Both the position numbers and the translations under genes were made by a program. This document shows positions 27,301 through 42,360 of a stretch of DNA of 64,000 bases, piece after piece. Source of the DNA: Balanoglossus misakiensis (Eukaryota > Animalia > Hemichordata). Under the pieces are notes generated by a model. That model ran no database searches, was not told the DNA's origin, and saw nothing but the letters and a program-made list of their open reading frames with translations. Positions within the stretch are counted from its first letter, which is position 1. Every line of letters begins with the position of its first letter. The stretch spans positions 8,534,380 to 8,598,379 of the forward strand of contig CM082591.2 of the NCBI GenBank assembly GCA_040954595.2, read 5' to 3'.

Positions 27301-30300
27301 GGAGACAAGCTGCACCTTGAAGGCGAGCTGAGACACGCATAGGGGGATTAGGAGATGTACTTCACATCTTTTGACAATAGCGTTGCTAGTCTGTTTTTCT
27401 CTTTGTCTGTGGTTTGTCTTAACAATAGTAGAACCTTCTGGAGAACACATTCAGAAGTCTAAAATATAAATTTAAACCATACATGTATCTGGGAGGTGAG
27501 ATGGACGATATTGACATTGCTTGCAGATTCTATAAACTCTGTTCATTTGGTTTTCATGTTCACTGCAGTCGACATGGCACTGTGGTATTTTCTCAACTTA
27601 AATAATTCTTTTGAAGTGTAGTACTTTCAGACTATGACATTTTCAGCAACTTAATGAACATGAAGGATTACGAATGGTACTAGAAAAAAAATTATGTTAT
27701 GTTATTGTATTAAGGATGCTGAGAAGGGGATTTTCTACTTAGCTGCGTTAGAACAGGACAGCAAGTTTCTTGAAACATTGGGTTGTGCTGGTAAAAAAAT
27801 AAATGAAATTAATAAGGTAAGAACAATTTTATATTCAGGCCTCTGTGACTGTTGAGTTTTGCTAGCATATCAATATAATATCATTGTTGCGTTGTGTAAT
27901 ATAACTACCGTACATGTACCTTAAATTTATTGACGTTTTGTAATGGACCTGGAAATTCTGTACCTGCTAATATTTCTTTTTGTAACTTACAGAATGATCG
28001 TACGGCATTGCATGAGGGAGCAATAGATGGAAACTCAGAAATTGTGGCATTGCTTTTGGATTTTAATGCGGGGATCGATGAAGAAGACAAGGTAATGTTA
28101 CAGCCATGTCCTCCCATTCTAAACAGAGTTTACATGTATGTTATATGCATATTTTGTACAGCACAAAATTAGATGTAGATTAGATGGTCAACAAAACGAA
28201 CCCTCTCATGTCAGTGTTCGAGTGAAACACAACAGAGGTGCTGAAGAACATATCAGTGTATAGAATGCATGGATAATTCGGCACCTTTGTTGTGTGCTCC
28301 ATGAAAACACTCAAATGAGTCGGTTCTTTATATTGACCATCTTATCTACAAAACCTGTTTGTACTGTACAAAATTTAGATGAACTACACCAAGACTTTTC
28401 AGGTTAGGTGGCCACGGTTAAACCAGAACATGGAACAGATCCATTTTATTTGAAAAAGTGTGAACATCATGTAACAAAAAATTGCATGAACACATTGTTC
28501 AAATATATGATTGGACAAACGGATGGATGGATTAATTAAATTAGATTGACAGAATCAAATTGAAGTGAAAAGGTTGAATTCATTTCCATTTCAAATTATC
28601 ACTTGATAATTCTACATTACTTGGAAAACAGAATAAGAGTGAGACTGAGCATGCATCTACCCTGAACTTATAAACAATAATTAAAACGAGGTGGTTCTCT
28701 CGGAAATGTGTACAGTGATTAAAAAAACATTTTTATCTTACAGGACGGAAACACAGCTCTTGTGTGTTCAATATTGCATGGTCATCTCAATGTGTTTAAC
28801 ATATTATTAGAAAGGGGTGCTGACAAAAATAAAGCAAACAAGGTATGCACCAATTTAATGTAGTCTATTATCTTATTGTCTGAATCGTCAATTTACTGTA
28901 AATTTCAGAATTTTTCCCATCATTATTTGTACTAGTCCCCGTGGATAGTATTGGAGACTTAAATGCATGGGTTCAATGTGTCTATCAATATCGCTTTATC
29001 CAAGTGGAATGCCACATCCAAAATGCAATAACACAGACAATAAAGTACAAATTCTAATATGTACATCAGTGTAATTAGCATTGTGATTTATTATTGCTTC
29101 ATGGCTGCCATTGTTTACAATATTGGTTGTTTTAATGTTTGAAGGTGTATTCCTCCCATTAAAACTTGGTAAAAGGAAAATGTACCATGTCAAACATATG
29201 GGTTAGCTTATACGGTGATAATATGGTGCTACTTTCTTTTTCATCTTCATCGCATTACGCAGACATGATGCAACATTGTTAATTCCATTTTGGTATGAGG
29301 TCAACAAAATGTGATGTGGAATTTAAGCTTATTAACCCTTATCAATTGCTATGAAATATCCAATTTTGCTACCAAGAGGATCTTTTATCATTTATGTCTG
29401 GGTCTCATCTTCAGACATTGGTACACATGGGTATCATTCAAACACACTATGAGTAGAGGGTCATATGATGCACACATGATTTCTATTTTCAGGCTAACAC
29501 GTTGTTAGAAACATTGCAAGGGTTTAGCTTAGTGTAAATTTGTATGTTATTTACAGAAACACAAGACCCCACTTTATCATGCAGTGCAAAGGAAGCATGG
29601 TATGATTGTTAAACAACTTCTTGACAGAGGCTGTCTAATAGCACCTGAAGTGGTATGTATAACGCAATATCAAGAATATACCGATATACGCATCCAAACA
29701 CCATTACCTTGACAGCCATTTGGTCATTTTCTTGTCATATTGAGGTATCCATTAGACATGTTGGAAATTATGATGTCATAAATGTTATATTATGCCACAT
29801 GCTTAAGTTTTTCTCAACATAACCTAGAATAAAATATCCATGCAACTCAGTTGACCTTGTAACAACCAATTTGAAATTTGCTATAAATAAGATACCAAAG
29901 CCGCTTCTTTCATTTAATGATGCCCTTCATTAAATGTATACTTATTGTGTTTCTTTTTTGATGGTGTATTCTATACCACATATTAATACTACGGGTACAT
30001 CATAGCTTTCTAAAATCTATCTAATAAAATGCAATGTATTCTATGACAGAACTTCATGACCTCTGCGCGCGATCTGTGCAATATGGATTTTATTTTCATG
30101 AGTGAGAAGGTATATTCTTCCGAGTATTTTTACGAGCGATAGCGAGTAAAAATGCAGAAGAATACACCTTCTCACGAGTGAAAATAAAATCCATATTGCA
30201 CAGATCGCGCGCAGAGGTCATGAAGTTCTGTTATTATTGCATATGTTTCCCCAGATTTGACGAAAATCAAAGTTTCGATTGTGGCGTATTGATTTTCATT

Positions 30301-33300
30301 ACAGTGATGCGCCAAAGGCGATGCAACCCAGAGAAGGCCGCTCATTGGCCAAAATGACGCAACCTTTGTTATGCAAAGAAGGGTCATGTGGGGTCATTCC
30401 AACAGTGGGTTACCTGAGGTCGTGAGAACGCAGCGATAAATTTTGAAACACTGGCGATAGCGAGAGATTTTCGTAATTTTCGAGGTTCCAAAACACACTG
30501 ACAACTAAATGTTCTGTTATTCTGACGATAGTTGGGAAGGATAATAAAACAACGTGCCAGAATGTTGAAAAATCCGCATGTTTCGGCGATCATGTTGGCT
30601 CATTTCATCGGTGGTTTAGCTCAGGTCGCAAGATAGCATCGGCAATATTTGAGAAACTGGCGATAGTGAGGGATATTCCGAGGTTCCCAAACATACTGCC
30701 AGTTAATGTTTTGTTATTCTGACAAAATTTGGGAAGGATAAGACAATGGCGTCTCCGAATGTTGAAAATTCCCCACGTTTCGGCGATCATACTCCAGCTC
30801 TGCCGACCGCGTTCAATGTTTACAAACAAAACGTAGTCCGGCTTGTTTTTACTCATTTGCATATGGGTTGTGAAAAATACCACTTTGTCACGCGCACAAC
30901 TAAAACAACAATCGGCTTTTTTGCGACTGAAATAAAACTTTTGTTATATCCTCCGGAGGTTTATATGAACTCCAAGTGATTGTCTAACAGAACGAGGGTT
31001 AAACTTTGAAAGATACGATCGATTGAAGGGGAAATGGGGGATCTTTAATATTCTTCTGGATGCTCATTTGCATATGAGCTCGCAAAAATACCAGAATTAT
31101 TATTGCACGGACCGCTTGGAATACTGTAGTACATATGCAATAATATATATTATCTGGTGAAAGTAAAATTCCATATGTCCATTTCCCTTTTGTTGTTTGG
31201 TGTGGTGAAGACGTTCAGTTATGGATTATTTTAAGGCTAAGACTTTTTTTATGAAGATGTTTTTCAGATTTTATGTATCTTACTTTCTTCAATATTTTGC
31301 TAGAAAATGTGACAATTTGTGGTTATTGAAAAATGGGAGCTTTACTGAAAAGAACCCAACAAACTGCAGTTTGTTGGCTATGGTTCAAAATGTTTGCACA
31401 AACATGAAGCAGAATGATTCAAAGTAATTATTGTGGAATTGTATGTTTTAGTAATATAAATTTCCTGCTTAATCTCATAATTTATTAAGCTTCTTTTCGA
31501 CATGTTACTAATTGCAGAGGTTTAAAGGTGTGGGTCATAAACAATTTAGTACTATAGTAGTCAGAGAATTAACACAATAAGCAGAGTTAACACAGAAGGG
31601 CTTAGTATGTAGAAGGATCAGGATCCACATTTTAAAAGTGCGTATTTTTGCAATGAAGTTTAAAAGATCAGTCAGAATGGGTCAAAAGGATAATGATACC
31701 TGAGTAAATGCTTGACTGACTGACTGACTGAATGAATGAATGAACAATCATACGAACATGTTGTTCGGTCAAGCTGGAGATTACTAAGAATAGAATATTA
31801 CAACGTGATATTGTGTTATATCACCCTGTTTGCCAGTGCATGCAATCCTGCCAAAGATGACATGTTAAATATGTCACATTACTCTTCTACTTTATACAGA
31901 AGGATGAGAACAGATTATCACAACTTCAGTGGGCTGTGGAACAAAACAACGAATCTATGACTTCTTATCTGAAAGAACTGATCGATATAAATCAACTCAA
32001 GGTTTGTGACTATTTCTTCATGCAGACATCTATGAACTGACAATTATATATACCGATAACTGAAATGACACAGAAGAAACAGCCATGTCAGATTGGAAGT
32101 TTTCATTACATTTCGAACATAATAATATGCACAGTGTTGACATTGAGACTGTAATGACATTAGATTGTGGAACTTTTCTCACTCTAAATTCGTGAATTTT
32201 GTTATAAACATATTTAATGTGCAATATGGTTGCTCTTATTATTTTACTGATAATTAAAGAACTATTAATGAAATGTATCATCACGTACTATGCAATTGAA
32301 AATTATCTATTTAATAAAACTTGTCAGGTAATTAAAAGAGAAACTCTTTTGGGAACATGTACAGAATTCCCCAGAATGCCCAAAGGTGGATGGAGGAAAT
32401 CAAACAAACATGGCGAAAGGTAGACAATGTAGTATATATATATATGTATAACTGTTTTTTTTTTGTGTGTGTGTAAAGGGTGGAAAAGCCATGCTTCATC
32501 ACTATTCTGAAAGCGGCCACGTAGAAAGAGTGAAGCTTCTTCTTGAAAACAAAGCAGATGTCGAAGTGTTTTGCGAGGTAAGGATTGTTATACATGATGT
32601 ATGTGTATAAACAGTCTGCTGCAACAGATCTGACCAAGTAGATTGCCTTAGCTGCACATAAATTTTGTAAAATATGTAGCTCAAAGTTGCATTTTAATGA
32701 ATTTAAAAGCAAATTATCTCAATGTTTGGGAGGACCAATTTTACTTTTTGCCACTCCACTCAAAGTTAGAAGATTTGGCGTCATCTTCGTCATGACATCA
32801 TTTATAAAACTTCTAGTACATAGAAGATGCGGGGCGAAACTATCAGTTATGCGAAATGGTTTAAACGATTTTTCTCCTTTATGTATTTACTTTGTTAAAT
32901 ATTATCATCGGTGGTGGTTGGGGTGGCAAGCACTCTGCCCTGGTACACTAGACAAGCCAGCAAACAATGAAATGTTGCGGAGAATGAAGGGGGTGGGTGA
33001 ACTTTAGAAAATTTTGTAAAATAAAGGGCGCGAAACTGCAATTTTGTGGACTCAAAAGCAAAAGTTCGGTGGCAGAAGTATGTGACCCCCCCCCTAAACG
33101 TTTAAAAAAACCAGATGACCCCCCCCCACCTTTTGGACTTCAAAATTTAAGTGACCACCCCCCCTGGATTTTGCCGCCCCCCCCCCCGGCCGTAAAAACT
33201 GAACGGTCCCTTATCTGCTTCCATTGAGGAGTAACAGCGTTTGAAAGTGAGATTTTCAGAAAATTTGATCAAATTCACGGTGAGTTGTATTGAATCAGAG

Positions 33301-36300
33301 TTTATTCCCGCCAGGGACACTTTATCGACAAAAAAAAACGCTGTTTTATTGGATGGGTCATACACAAACCCCTGTTAAAATTCGGCCAACGCAGAGCGAA
33401 GCTAAATATTTCTGAAGTTGTCAAGAGCAGCGAAAATGCAAACTGAGAAAAACGGCCATTTGCATTGTTGACATCTATTTGTTAAGCTGTGAACTCATTC
33501 AGAAAAGTGCTATTTTGGGGTGATTATGCACCATTTCCGCCAAGACGTATTAGTCAGGGTGTGGGTCCGTATAAGGCCTACCGATTTATGTTAAACAGTA
33601 AAATTTGGCAAAAATCACAACTTTCCATGCAATATACCACCTTAAATCAGATGTTTAGAGTCATAAACACAGACAAAGAGAAAAACAGACTAGCAACGCT
33701 ATTGTCAAAAGATGTGAAGTACATCTCCTAATCCCCCTATGCGTGTCTCAGCTCGCCTTCAAGGTGCAGCTTGTCTCCGAAGATTTCCGAACGTATCCAC
33801 TTCGGCAATGTCCGGAATTTTCCCGATTATGAAACGAAAGTGTTTTCGTGAAAGTTTGTGTTGTTGTTGTCAGTCAGCTGTAGACGGAAGGCGAGTGTAC
33901 AGCGAAAATTTGAGGAAGTTTGAGCATCGGAGAGATGAGTTTGGCCATTTCAATAAAAAATATGAATATATAATAAGTGTGTTCGATCGTAAATTTGAAA
34001 AGGTGTAATCATCAATCTCGATTTTTTGGAATAGATTCCTGTTCGCCGAATCGTGTTCTGTAAACTTGCATGGGTTGTAGATGCAAATACTACTTCTAAC
34101 GTGTAAATCAAGTGTAAATCGTGGTCGTCGTGAAGTAGTGTTTCAGTCGAGTCCTGAGTGCAAAGCTGTGTCAGGCAAGGTACTGCAGCTGTCGATAATG
34201 ACGCAACCGCAAAGTATTCTGGGAAGTCTCCGCGGTGTCTAACCCATTTGACACATTTGAAGCCTATTGTTTGCTGTTGTTTGCCGAGGTGAACAAGACA
34301 TCAAAGGGACATGCCGCGTTGCTAGTCTGTTTTTTCTCTTTGTCTGTGGCATAAATAAGTCAGCGGTAACAGTAATGCTTGGTACAAGGATGATGAATTA
34401 TGGTTTCCATATGTATATACATGTACTTATTTGTGTTGGAGAATCAGACTTAAGTTATGTTGAAGAATAATTCAATGTGGTTTTATGGTGATGCATAAAA
34501 GGTCAATAGCAGAGAGACAGGGTACTACTTTCTTACAAACATTTCAATAGTCATTTTCCAGTCATGTCATTGCATATTACATCCCACCATGATTTCCATT
34601 AATGTTTCCTAATCTTATTCATTCCACATGGACTATACCATTAAAAAGGACTTATTTTTGCTTTTCCTTTTTAATCATAGCAAGGATATACACCGTTATA
34701 TTATGCTGCAAAAAACAAACACAAAGATCTTGTTCGACTTCTGTTAAAATGGAATGCAAAAATACTAAGCAATACACAGGAGGTAAGTATACAGGAATAG
34801 GACAAAAATAGTATTCTTGGTAATATATCTTACTTGCCATTATTTAATCCGCTTAACATTATTTCGTCTCAAACTTAAAATAAATCCCTATTAAGAGCAT
34901 CAGCTTGAGTGAATGTGTAACTTTTCTGAGATTAAGCCAGAAGGTAACTTGGGCAACCATTTTTTTCGGATCATAATTAAAAGTGTTATTTTGGGATGTT
35001 TTACTAAAATGTACTGTTCTCCCTCTAATAATTCCAAGGAGAAGTATGTATGATTTTTTATTTATTTCACAGGCAACCTCAATGTATTGGGCCATCTCAA
35101 ATGCATTTAGTGATGTTGCTGAGACTCTTGCTGCAGCAGATGACAACCTCATAAATGGCAAAATACACATAGATGTAAGTGTTAATGTTTCATATCAACA
35201 TACTCCTTTGTAAAACCCCAAAACATGCACATATTGCACAAGCTTGGATATTTCTTTGTTTTTCACAACTCCATGTGAGTGATAGGGTTACGGCGGTGTA
35301 CTGGTATTTGTTTCATTAAAGGTAGTATGGGGTTTGCATGGAATCAATAAAAAGTGTTAAGTTAACATAAAGGTATAACACAAGTTTCCTGTCTTTAATT
35401 AGTATTTTTACAGTTTGTCATTTTGTCATATATTTTTCCGTTATCTAGCTATAAATGTGTGCATCCACTGAATTTTCAGTCAGTTATTCTGAACATAATT
35501 AATGCTAAAAATAGTTGGTAGATGAAAAGTAGACAAGCTTCAGCCGAATGCAGACACCAATCAGATGCATCTCAGATGTGATGTAGATGAAATTCAGATA
35601 AATGTAGATGATGAAAATGTTATGCTAGAGGCGATTACAGGAGAGGGCGATGAACAAAGTATGATATGATGCAGCAGTGTTTCTATTTATCGGAGAATAT
35701 AATTATATGTAGTATGACATTTACTCAGATTTTTCTGGAAAGGACCAATGTTAGTTGGAAAGTAAAATCATGAAAAAAGTGCAAAAGTGGCAGCTTGTTG
35801 GGCTTTAACACATATCCTTCATGCTTTTAGCAGGTCTCTACCTGAATACTTCTATCTGGTCATTTATATTGACTGTTCCTATAAATAAATTACTCCCAAT
35901 AAATGGTGTCTTTATTACACTGTCTCATAGAACTGTTCAGTGGACATACAAGTCAATTTTCGACCCAGTTTAAAATATAACGAGATTAAATGACTGTGGC
36001 TTTAAAGATTCTGAAGAGCAAAACGTCCTCTATATAAAAGAATATAAGAAAAAAAAATGCAAATCAGATTGTTGATCGGGGGAAATATGACGGTAAACTC
36101 TACTTAAAATGCATTTAAATTTGATATGCAGGTCCCTAGGTTCTTAACATAATCTTCAATATTTAGGATTGTTTTTGGCATTTTTGAAAACAAAACTTAG
36201 AAACTTTCAAAGAATGCAATTGTGTTGTATTGTAATAGGTGTGCTGGTTAATTTTGAGTATGACCTAAGCTTTTTGAATATTGAATGAAATTTTCACCGT

Positions 36301-39300
36301 GATTTCATGTCTTTCAAAAATAGTGATTGAAAGTGCTGCATTTTTCCTGTTGCAATTATCGTGCTTATAATGCCAACAATCACAATAAGGCTGTATCAGC
36401 CACTAGGTTGATGTTTTGGGGAATCCTACAAACCATGGTATCATGCTTTCTTTTTATATTTTTCGTTATGACTATCTGTCATCTGCCCTAGAAATCAAGT
36501 GAATGTTACAGTAAATATTTTCTGCATTTGTTTTAGGAATATCCCAAGGACTCGACAATTTTGCATGTGCTTTCAAGAAAGGAAAACCCAGATGCATTGC
36601 GCCTATGTTTGAAACTAAAGGCTGATGTTCAGCAAACAGATGGAGTGAGTAAATGATTCTGATGTCTTATATTATCTTGATTTTACAAACAGCTAAATAT
36701 ATTCGTTGTTTATCTACTAAAATGCTTAATGTGGATGTATCCACCACAAATTATTTCATTGTTAAAAGACAATTTATTTTCTTACATATGTGCACAAAAA
36801 TGTACACAAAAAAGGCAGGTGTGAATATGACAATATGAGCCAGGCGTAACTTTCACACAATATTATAAACTGGCCGAACTCGGAATTAGGCTGTGGCAGT
36901 GGTAACTTTCTTAAAGTGGCATAACTGTTGTGCCCTTTGTAAACATGTTTACGCTTTAAATTGTTGAATAGAATAATTCAACCCAATAATATTGATTTCA
37001 TATTCGCAGGAGCATCACACAGCTTTTTATTATGCAGTTCTGAATGGATGCACAAAGAATGCACAACTTCTCCGCAATGCTGGAAGCAGTTTTTTTCAAA
37101 GAAAGGTAATTATAACATTCATTTTCAATACATACTAAATATTTCTATTTATACAAGAATTATCATATCAATGGCTGTTGCTTATTGTGTAGTTGTGCAT
37201 GGTGTTTGTGAAATGACAATCTTTGTTTAAGTAAACGTGTACATACCGGTACACCATATTTATAATTGGTATGAAATAGTATGAAATAGATAGCTTTATG
37301 TTTATCATGGTCAATTTACAAATCATACGAAAATAAAATGTGTCAGTTAACTAAACGAAGCAAATCAAAAGCTGCACATAAATAAATGCATTTGTGAGCA
37401 TGTATAAGTCAATGAAAAAGTATGATTGAATATATTCTCATAGACCTAAAACATGTTTTGCTGTGATATAGGTTAGTCATTCTGACTACTGATTTTTTTG
37501 CTAGAAACTTTAGTGTTGTAGATCCTTGGTTTGAGACTTATTAGTTATTGCTATTCTCATTTTCATATATTACATAGTACATGTATTATATTTTCTGGTA
37601 TATACTTATTCTTCAAAAAAAAATACGGAAGTATTATAGCTCCACTGTCAAAGGTGAAGAGCTGGTCATGCAAGGACAATGGCATATTATTTTTAATTTA
37701 TCATCCATTACTGTCTTTTGACTAGTGCATAGTTTGCTAAGTGAAGTATAATGTCTTAACTGTAAAACATTACCGTTTTATTGTTCCTTCAAAAGACGCC
37801 CTCCATTAAACCAGATGGAACAATCGAACCTGCAACTTCATACACTCTATTTTGTGAAGCTGCGTTGAAGCTTAGAAGCAGAGAAGCAGTTAGTTGTCTG
37901 ATGAAGCATGGTATTGACACAGAAATCAACAAGCCTGGGGAGGTAATGTAAAATAGCATTTGTATCCTGACAGGAGCTTAGAGTCGAAAGTCAACAGATA
38001 GATAACTCCTCTTTCCATACGCAGTTACTTAGTATATTTTACCAATTTTATCTGACTGGATGACTAATTGTTGAGGCATTGTGGCATATTGTGGAGGGTA
38101 CCAGACTCACAATCAAGGGTTTGGGGCTTGAGACCCATGCACACCCCAGACTTTGAATTGGCCATCTATATCTCAAGATAGTGATTTCTTGACTGCGATG
38201 TTGTGTCCTTGAGAAAGGCACTTTACTTCTCATTGCCTCTCCCTGATCAAAGAGAAGTGGGTGTCTCATCCTGTTATTGGGCAAATACCTAAATAATGCT
38301 AACAGGCTATACACGTATGGTAGTATGATAATGTCATCGGTATTTTATGAAAAGGCGATAAGATAAAAAATTATTAGAAAAGGTGTTGTATTTAGATGGC
38401 CAAACCTGATTATAATGTAATGGACCTGACTTGTAAATTAGTTAAATTTCCATACATCAGTATGAAATGTGTTACAGATTGCCATAGGTCTGACTTTATA
38501 GGATAAGCTCAACAGCTTCCAATAAATAATTGTTATTATCAGTCCATTGCACTTCCAGACAAAGTACAGAATTAACTAACAGAATTGGCTCTATCTACAG
38601 GTGTGTGCATCCATCTGTTGGCAGCTGATACTCGGAAATGTTTGACACATTTCATTCAAACTTGGTATATGGACAATACAATAGAACATTAACCAGTATC
38701 ATTATTTCCTAATTTACATACTGAAACAAATTTTGTCCAGACCATGAAACTTGCTTGAAGTGTATGTTATTTGCATATTTAACAATAAACTTTAAAATTT
38801 CATATTTTATGAAATTTGTTAGTAATAATTCTGAAGTTACCACATCTGACTGAAAAAAACAATGTTTGTGTATTTGACAAATATAAGACATGTAACAAAA
38901 TAATGTCTTGTATACCTTAATTTGGTGGCGAGTACAAAAGGTTATTAAAAGAAATCCAAAGGGTAAACATGCTTGTACCTTTAAAAGCCACTGGTCCTAG
39001 ATAAGTAATAATTAAATAATTAAATAAAGAATTATATAAAAATAATAATTTTAATAATAATAGGTCCGATATCCACAAAAATTTCACCATAGGGGTATTT
39101 TGGCTCAAAAAGAACAAAAATGATATCCATTTAGTGATCACATGTTTCTATGGCAACCATTTTGGGGCTGTAGTGCTAAGGGACCGTTCAGTTTTTATGG
39201 CCGGGGGGGGGTCGGCAAAATCCAGGGGGGGGGGGGGTCACTTAAATTTTGAAGTCCAAAAGGGGGGGGGGGGTCATCTGTTTTTTTTAAACGTTTAGGG

Positions 39301-41187
39301 GGGGGGGGTCACATACTTTTGGCACCACCGAACTTTGGTTTTGAGTCCACAAAATTGCAGTTTCGCGCCCTTTATTTTACAAAATTTTCTCATGTGCGAG
39401 GGGGACACCCCCTCCCACACCCACCCCCTCCATTCTTCGCCACATTTCATTTATTGGCTGGTTTGTCTAGTGTACGAGGGCCGACTACTTGCCACCCAAT
39501 GCGTACTTTGAGTGGAGTTGCAAAAGTAAAATTGGTCCTCCCCAATATTTAGTTAATTTGCTTTTGAGTTCATTAAAATGCAACTTTCAGCCCAATATTT
39601 TTCAGAATTTTCTTATGTGGGAGGGAGACACCCCCTCCCACACCTACCCCCTTCATTCTTCACCACATCTAGTGTACCAAGTCGTAGCACTTTCCCACCC
39701 CCCACCCCCACCGATACTAACATTGACTGGCAAAAGTAAAATTTGTCCTCCCTAACATTTAGTTAATTTGCTTTTGAGTTCATTAAAATGCAACTTTGAG
39801 CACCGTATTTTACAAAATTTTCTTAGGTGGGAGGGGGACACCCCCTCCCACACCAACCCCTGCCACTTTTCTTGTTATACCAATCCTACCAGCCTAGTCC
39901 TAGCCGTATTTTGTCCGCTTTGCTTCAAAAACTACCGCCTGCCAACTATTGTATTGACTTGTCATTCTAATTTATTCATAATTCATTCTTATTGCAACGA
40001 TATACTATTAGGGCGACGTTTTTATTTTCTGTGTTTCTCATCTCCCGACCGACCGTAAATTTCAGCTCCGACATGAAAATAAAAAAAACTGTTTTATTTG
40101 CGCCGACTCTGAGCCTGAGGCGATCATCCTAGCAACAGCGCCCCCAACGGCTAATTGTGAGATTTTGCAAATATGACGTCATATTCATCATGGCGGTCGT
40201 GTCGGACCATGGCTGAAGCCATCGAGGCCGGAGGAAAGGGAAGAAATAGTAGAGAATGAAAGGACAGAGCATTAAAGAGAAAGACAAGAAATTATAGTGA
40301 ATAAAGGACAGAGAGCACAATACACTGGACTGAAAGATAAGAAATTGCAATGACTGAACAGCCAGAACATTGAACAGAAACAAATAGGCCTGACGTCAGA
40401 GAAGTCAATCACTTACATTGACCGACTACTGATTGGCCGTTGATGTTCATGAGGTGATGACGTTGAATGTTAATTATGTTTACAATGTAGCTCCGCCCCG
40501 AATGCTACATAATCATGATCACGTGGTGACGCTTGATGTCAGATTGCTCAGTTGGAGACTATTCACATTCAAATTACCATTTTTATGGCCTTACTAGATT
40601 TTGGTTAGGCGTTCCTAGACGGTAGTAGGGTGAATGCGACTACGAACGGATAGATTCTAGACTAGATAGCTTCTGATGAATGCGAAGACCTGTCAGCTGA
40701 CACGCAAATGCAGTCAAAACATAAAATTCAACATTGAAAACGGAACCGCGAGATGCCTCGTGTGTCTTTCCTGTAACCTCGTCTGAGAAAACAATAAAAT
40801 TCCCAAGAAATAATAACACGAAATCCAAAGTATCGTGCTAACATGTCTTCATTTCCCCGATTCTATTTGGCTGCCGTGTAAACATTGCGTCTGTTTGACA
40901 CTGACACAAATGCAGCATAACTCAGAGGTCAATACTTTGATTAAAAACAATGATTTTAACACTAACCTTCCTGTTCCACGAAATCTGCGGTTTCTATGGC
41001 GCTCAAATCTCATGATATGTGCAATTCTAAAGCCAACTTGGGTATTATTCCTGTCGTTTTAGCCACGAAAACTGGGCTGACGACACGACGCAAAACAGCT
41101 CGTTCACACTCAGTTGACATCGCGTGATTCCAGAGCGCGCGCAAACATACGAAAAATCACAGGGAACTTAGTAATCTTGTTATTGTT

Positions 41188-41226
<39 letters not shown>

Positions 41227-42300
41227 AAGATTGGTAATAAAATTTAAAAAAAAATCAATGTGTCATTTCTTGCTATGTTTGTCGATGTTGTAGATAACTG
41301 TAAAAAAACCCAACCATAATCGTGGAAAACACGACCTAGGTCGCCGAATGTCACTACCGTCTTACATACAGGCAAGGGTGGAATCGACATGCCCTGGATC
41401 TAGGCTCATGGGCCACCTTCAAGGCCCTGAAAAATCACCCCATTCACCAGCGAGCGATTAAATTATGCCACCATAGGCATTGAAATTTATCTCACTGACC
41501 TAATTTGGGCTTCACTTCATCTATCGACCTGCAAACGAGTGGAAAAACGGCGATTTCCAAGTCGTACCCAGTCAAATTCAATCACATTTGAATCACGCGC
41601 CCGATGGTGATGGCTCCATTTTCTCTGCCTATTTAAATTGACCAATCAGGCGCCCTGTAAAGGCTGCCTCGGCCACCCGATTGTTTATTGCTCAACTCGT
41701 ACGAGTACGTGTAACTGCGTTCAAAATAACGCGAAAAAAAGGAGGCGAAACCTTAAGAGTCATACAGATAAATGGATACTTTCCAACTCTTTGTCATAAA
41801 ATCTACCATTTTACGTCTTGAATACAGTGCAGTCGATAGTCAGAACGTACACTTCCGGGTGTTGCTTTACAGGGCGCCCGATTGGTCAATTTAAATAGGC
41901 AGAGAAAATGGAGCCATCATCATCGGGCGCGTGATTCAAATGTGATTGAATTTGACTGGGTACGACTTGGAAATCGCCGTTTTTCCACTCGTTTGCAGGT
42001 CGATAGATGAAGTGAAGCCCAAATTAGGTCAGTGAGATAAATTTCAATGCCTATGGTGGCATAATTTAATCGCTCGCTGGTGAATGGGGTGATTTTTCAG
42101 GGCCTTGAAGGTGGCCCATGAGCCTAGATCCAGGGCATGTCGATTCCACCCTTGCCTGTATGTAAGACGGTAGTGACATTCGGCGACCCAGGTCGTGTTT
42201 TCCACGATTATGGTTGGTTTTTTTTACAGTTATCTACAACATCGACAAACATAGCAAGAAATGACACATTGATTTTTTTTTTAATTTTATTACCAATCTT

Positions 42301-42360
<60 letters not shown>

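Noticed and set aside
32328-32419. AG...GT-bounded stretch between H2 and I2
   Set aside because: 92 nt (frameshifting), not ANK-like and not needed by the A-J cycle.
40136-40150. CTCF-like motif cagcgcccccaacgg
   Set aside because: Imperfect short match within probable TE-derived sequence; not distinguishable from chance.
41158-41164. CACAGGG terminus as an RSS heptamer (Transib/RAG-like transposon)
   Set aside because: The TSD is 7 bp rather than the 5 bp of Transib/RAG-like elements, no properly spaced nonamer was seen, and there is no RAG-like coding sequence.
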